A stretch of DNA of 25,391 nt from Elsinoe ampelina. Its lineage: Eukaryota. The stretch spans positions 124,001 to 149,391 of the forward strand of contig ML992521.1 of the NCBI GenBank assembly GCA_010093995.1, given 5' to 3'. The notes under the pieces were generated by a model. The model made no database searches. It was not told the origin of the DNA and saw only the letters and a program-made list of their open reading frames with translations. Of the stretch, positions 21,253 through 25,391 are shown piece by piece. Each line of letters opens with the position of its first letter. The stretch's first letter is position 1. The translations under genes were made by a program, and so were the position numbers.

Positions 21253-23736
21253 ATGCGTCTCCAGCTGGAGGTCTGTAGGCATCGCCTACCAGTTATCAAG
21301 ATACTATGGCAAGCAGACGAAGACACAATCGTGTCGGACCTGCTGTCCAACGTGGATTTGAGCGTCCCACTTCAAAGTGAAGAATGGGGTTTAGAAGACT
21401 ACGTGCTGGAGACCGCTGCTGGCTTCGAGGCACTACACTACCAAAAGGTTGGTGACATTCTGAGGGAAGATGACTATCTCAGGTGAGACCGCAACCAATT
21501 CCTTCCCACGTTCATGTGTAGCTGACGCTGCGACAGAGTCCGACCTCTCAGCACTAATGACCTGCGCGCACGTCGATTGACAGCCCGAACGCAGATCAAC
21601 CTTGCCGGCCGACATCTTACCGATGGTGTGGCGTATGGGCAACCTGCTCTGAGAACTCCTGTGCGTGCCAGGCTAGCTATCGCACCACGGAAGAGTGCAG
21701 AGTGGGTCAGCGCCTGCGACTCGAGCTTTGAAGACCCGGAACTAGTCTCAGACGACGGAGGAGAAAGCGACCAGGACTTCGACGACATGCAAGGACAAGA
21801 GGAAGATGACTCGATTCAGCCCCAGCGAAAGTCGAGAAGGCTCACTCGTGAGGCGTCGGAAGAGCAGAGTTCTGCGATGGTGGTGCTGAAAGATGAGGAT
21901 GACAGCGAGGATGAGATTGAGGATCAGGACTTTGACGACTCATCAGACTCCGACAGCTCATCATCGGAAGCTTCCTCATCTCCGGTCCCCGATCAAGCTC
22001 CAGCCAGGGGCCGTAAGCGTGTGCATTGGGACGGTGATGACGATCAGCATGACACCGCAGAAACCGAGCTTGATGGCAGAGCACAGCCTTCGACCTCAGG
22101 ACCTCCGCCCACCAAGCGCGTCAAAGTCGACTTCACAGTGAAGCCAGCGCCGAAGCAGAGACAATCCGATAGCGTGCCCCCTGGGCAAGGAAAGTATGCT
22201 ACACGCTCGCGTAATTATCGTCGTACGGCCACAAAGAAGCTCAGATTACTGAAGAGTCAAGGCGTTCTACCACCAGATGCAGGTCACGAAGCACTGCTGC
22301 AATATGAAGAGAAGCAAAGTACAAATCCTCCGACAGAGCAAAGCAATAGGGGCGCATCAAGTAGCGAATCCGGGGACATATCCGAAGAAGATAGTGATGA
22401 GTCTTCGGACAGTGATGAAAGCAAGAGTGAAGAATCCGAAGCATCGAGTGATGACGGCAGCGAGCCATCCGTCACAGCATCTAACAGGCCTGTGGCGAAT
22501 GGACACATTACGGAGCGCCACGTCAACGGCAGTGCTTCAGGAGAAGCTGCCGAATTCCAAGCGCGACGTGAAGCCTTACTTGCACAACTCGGGCAAGGAG
22601 GAGGTGTCGATATTACTGAGCTTAACACTCCTCCAAGAGCTGCCAATTCCAACGGAGTGGCGAAATCTCCGTTTACTCAGCCAGTGGAGGACGCCGGCCA
22701 GGATACGCCAGATACCACGACCCGCAACAAGAAGCTGGACGTCAGGGCATCGACACGTCTTCTGCTTGGCTCACTCGGCCAACGTGCTCCACGAAATGCC
22801 ACAGAGCGAGCTGCCTTGATGGACAAGATGTCAGCCACCTCACAGAAGAAACCATCTGCCACAGATGCACCCAAGACTAGTTCCATGGATCCAGTCACCA
22901 GCATCATCGCCGAGAAAGCGAAGAAGGACATGAAACTCAAAGTGCTGATGAAAAAGGTGGCGGCTGAGACCGCCACCAAGGACGAAAGGGAGAAATTCGA
23001 TCAGATCGTATCGCAGTGCAGAGAGGAGTACGAAGCTTCCCACAAGAAGGAGGATAAGAAAGATGCGACTGACCCAGACTACTGGAAGCAGCACATTGAG
23101 CTCACCGCTGTGGAATGCTGCGACGAGGACGTCAAGCTGAGCACGCCTCCATTCCCGTTCTATCAGAGATGGGACCCCTCTCAACGCAGGCAGAAGAAGC
23201 GCAAACGACGTAGCCATTACGAGGAAGAGCAGAACGACTCTTACTTCGGCAACGGAGATGATGGTGGCGATGGATTGATCTACGACGACGAGGAACTGCT
23301 CCAAGGACAGGAGTGGGACGGAATACAGGACGAGGGGCAAGGAGAAGAAGGAGCCGAGAGGGAGGACGACCTTCCACCTATCCCAGAGGACATCAGCACT
23401 CTGCCCGAGATCAAGGAAACAGACCTCAAAGTTGGAGACGTGATTGTGTTCAAGAACCTCGAAGTCTCGGCCGCCACGGGATGGACGCCTGCTGTCTCAG
23501 CTCTCAGGACAGCGAAAGTGTTCAACGAGAAATTCGAGGTTGGGCATCCCATCTTCCTGCAGCTTGCGAAGAGGGACTTGCCGGAGAGGACGTATGATGC
23601 GGAAGGGAATAGGATCTATGAGAAGTTTGAGATGCAGTCCGGGGAGGATGATGCAGAGGACGAGGGGCTCCTTGAGCTGCGTTTTGAGGAGCTCGTCGAA
23701 CCCAGGCTGTTGAGCAGGGATGTTCATATAGCTTAA
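21253..23736 (+). CDS. Coilin-like nuclear-body protein (N-terminal globular domain, acidic/basic disordered middle, C-terminal Tudor-like domain), 809 aa
   Basis: Exons 21253-21482 and 21537-23736, with a 54-nt intron GTGAGA..CTGAC..CAG, in frame. The C-terminus LP...KVGDVIVFKNLEVS...WTPAVS..RTAKV...KFEM...FEELVEPRLL follows the coilin Tudor-like pattern. The gene model is solid; the family call is by eye. Confidence 0.75.
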
Positions 23737-24322
23737 TAGTCGCCTAAGTAGCGATGATCAGAGGAAGTAAATAGCAGTGCTCAAACCAAGAGTGATCACT
23801 GAGCCCACATGCACATCTCACGTCAATGACCGTTTCTGATTGTGTAGCTGTGATCAAGAATCCACTGCTGCTGCTGCAACGAGGATCGAAGTACGATCGA
23901 GGCTTGTGCCAGAAGCCGTAGGACTGCTCCGTGCTTTTGAAGAGCTGAGGACAAGAGCAACAATGATTTAGTCCCTCCAGATGTTTTAGTATCGAACAAT
24001 CCCAGCTACGTTACTATACAGCCCCTTGGAAGCTGTCATGCCGTGATGTGCGAGATTCTTGTCTATAAATCGGCGTTGGAGCGCCGGCATCGGCTTTGTG
24101 ATATCAGGGGGTGGGGTATAGCAAATTTTCCGAACGGCAGATACCTCATGTTAGGGGGATCAAAAAACATGTTTTTGTGCTCATTCTGACCGCCGGAAGC
24201 AGTACTTTCGAATGGACCCCGACTATGCCCGTCCGGCCCACGTTTCGTAGCGTGGGCTTCATATATACACTACCCGACCGCTTGTGATCATCCCCGCCCC
24301 ATTCCTTCATGGAATCGGTTCT

Positions 24323-24426
24323 GTCTCTGTGGCGCAGTTGGTTTAGCGCGTAGGTCTCATATCATTCATGATCTACCTCAGTGTAGGGCCATCCTAAGGT
24401 CGCAAGTTCGAGTCTTGCCAGGGACA
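24323..24426 (+). tRNA. tRNA-Met (CAT), elongator type, with a 29-nt intron
   Basis: Acceptor stem GTCTCTG/CAGGGAC; D arm GCGC..GCGC; anticodon arm TAGGT-CTCATA^A-TCCTA with the U31-U39 pair typical of elongator Met; intron 24362-24390 at position 37/38; T arm GCAAG-TTCGAGT-CTTGC; T runs downstream. Confidence 0.95.
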
Positions 24427-25264
24427 CCATTTGTTTTGTTTTTGATATGGATATTCCCTCGCGGTATAGAGGAAGATCAGGGCTACCTGCTGGGTAAGTT
24501 TCAGCCGGATCCGTCGAGCGGTCGTGGAGATAATTATGTTTGAAATGTCGGGAGGAGAGGGGCGGCGGATTGGATGTGGGTCCCATGAAGGGTAAAACGT
24601 TCCCTGTACTGTAGGTATCTTTTTACTTTCCGATCTTTTTGACGTTGCGCCTGGCTTGTGTGAGCTACGCCTCTGGCGATCGCTGTGCATCCAGAGTGTC
24701 ATTTTGTTATACTTGCAGACTGACAATCTTGTAGCGCTAGATCTGCGGCACGCCTGGGGTGGCAGCACAGAAGAAAAAGACTACACACTTAGGGAACATC
24801 ATATGGTAAACCACGTGGGAGCATTACTGTATATCACCAGACATGATGTGTGTAATCTGGATATTCTATGAGCATGTGATGTAGCTGGTAGTCCCTCCGA
24901 CCGTACTATTAGGTCGAAAGGCAGTGCTAATGATCATGAAGGAGGCAACATGCTACTTCACCGTGCTGCTGGTTTCGGTGATGTGTCCCGCTCGGTCTAT
25001 TCCAAGCGTAACTGTGATGACATGCACCATGCCCTGGACAAATGCAATAGTAACACTCGCTGCGGTATATATCTGACTCAAAACCTTCGACCGACAGGCA
25101 ATAATCTGGTAGTGCAGCAGTCGACTACTTTTCAAGCAAGAATTCAAGGGTTTAAAGATAGGAACCGCTGCAAAGTCGCCAAACAATTTCATTTTCCATC
25201 GACTAATACGGATCACGCCGAACGCCATCGCTACAAAGACTATGTGCGCTGAACAGCGCTCTAA

Positions 25265-25391
25265 AGAGCCACAGACTGTAGTCATGGGCGGTTTGAGGGA
25301 GAGCCACAGACGGTAGTCATGGGCATTCTGAGGGAGAGCCACAGACGGTAGTCATGAGCATTTTGAGGGAGAGCCACAGACGGTAGTCATG
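25265..25391. repeat. 35-bp minisatellite, at least 3.6 copies, truncated by the window end
   Basis: GAGCC recurs at 25266, 25301, 25336 and 25371. Consensus is approximately GAGAGCCACAGACGGTAGTCATGGGCATTTTGAGG, with few substitutions. Confidence 0.93.

Noticed and set aside
23752..23840. Possible box C/D snoRNA after the coilin-like stop
   Set aside because: Box C is imperfect (ATGATCA), there is no terminal stem or recognisable rRNA guide, and the region is probably 3' UTR.
24163..24176. 14-bp palindrome AAAAACATGTTTTT (also GTCACGTGAC at 9549-9558)
   Set aside because: Short isolated palindromes with no supporting context.
24950..25342. 100-aa and 129-aa ORFs near the window end
   Set aside because: No motif or codon bias, and the minus-strand ORF starts inside the minisatellite.
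25265..25391. CRISPR-like repeat-spacer array
   Set aside because: The 12-nt 'spacers' are variants of one another, the context is eukaryotic and there are no cas genes. It is a tandem repeat.

Overview
Eukaryotic, gene-dense DNA from a filamentous ascomycete, judged from the short GT-AG introns with CTRAC branch sites and Pezizomycotina-type proteins. I assembled spliced gene models by hand. In order: a TEA/ATTS transcription factor (AbaA/Tec1-like, +); YSH1/CPSF73 (-); TAF4 (+); three small Ser/Pro/Thr-rich secreted-protein genes (+), two of them clear tandem paralogs and all three apparently broken by a -1 frameshift; a protocatechuate (beta-ketoadipate) catabolic cluster of 3-carboxy-cis,cis-muconate cyclase (-), an intradiol dioxygenase (+) and a CMD/AhpD-family protein (+); a RanBP9/10-Gid1-like SPRY-LisH-CTLH-CRA gene (-); INO80 subunit Ies4 (-); a coilin-like gene (+); an intron-containing elongator tRNA-Met; and a 35-bp minisatellite cut by the window edge. 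The most notable signal is a 305-nt, self-complementary intron in YSH1. It splits the catalytic HxHxDH motif and carries an immediate in-frame stop, cryptic donors and a poly(A)-signal-like cassette, so it is a candidate autoregulatory switch for the 3'-end endonuclease. All family calls come from motif recognition, not database searches.
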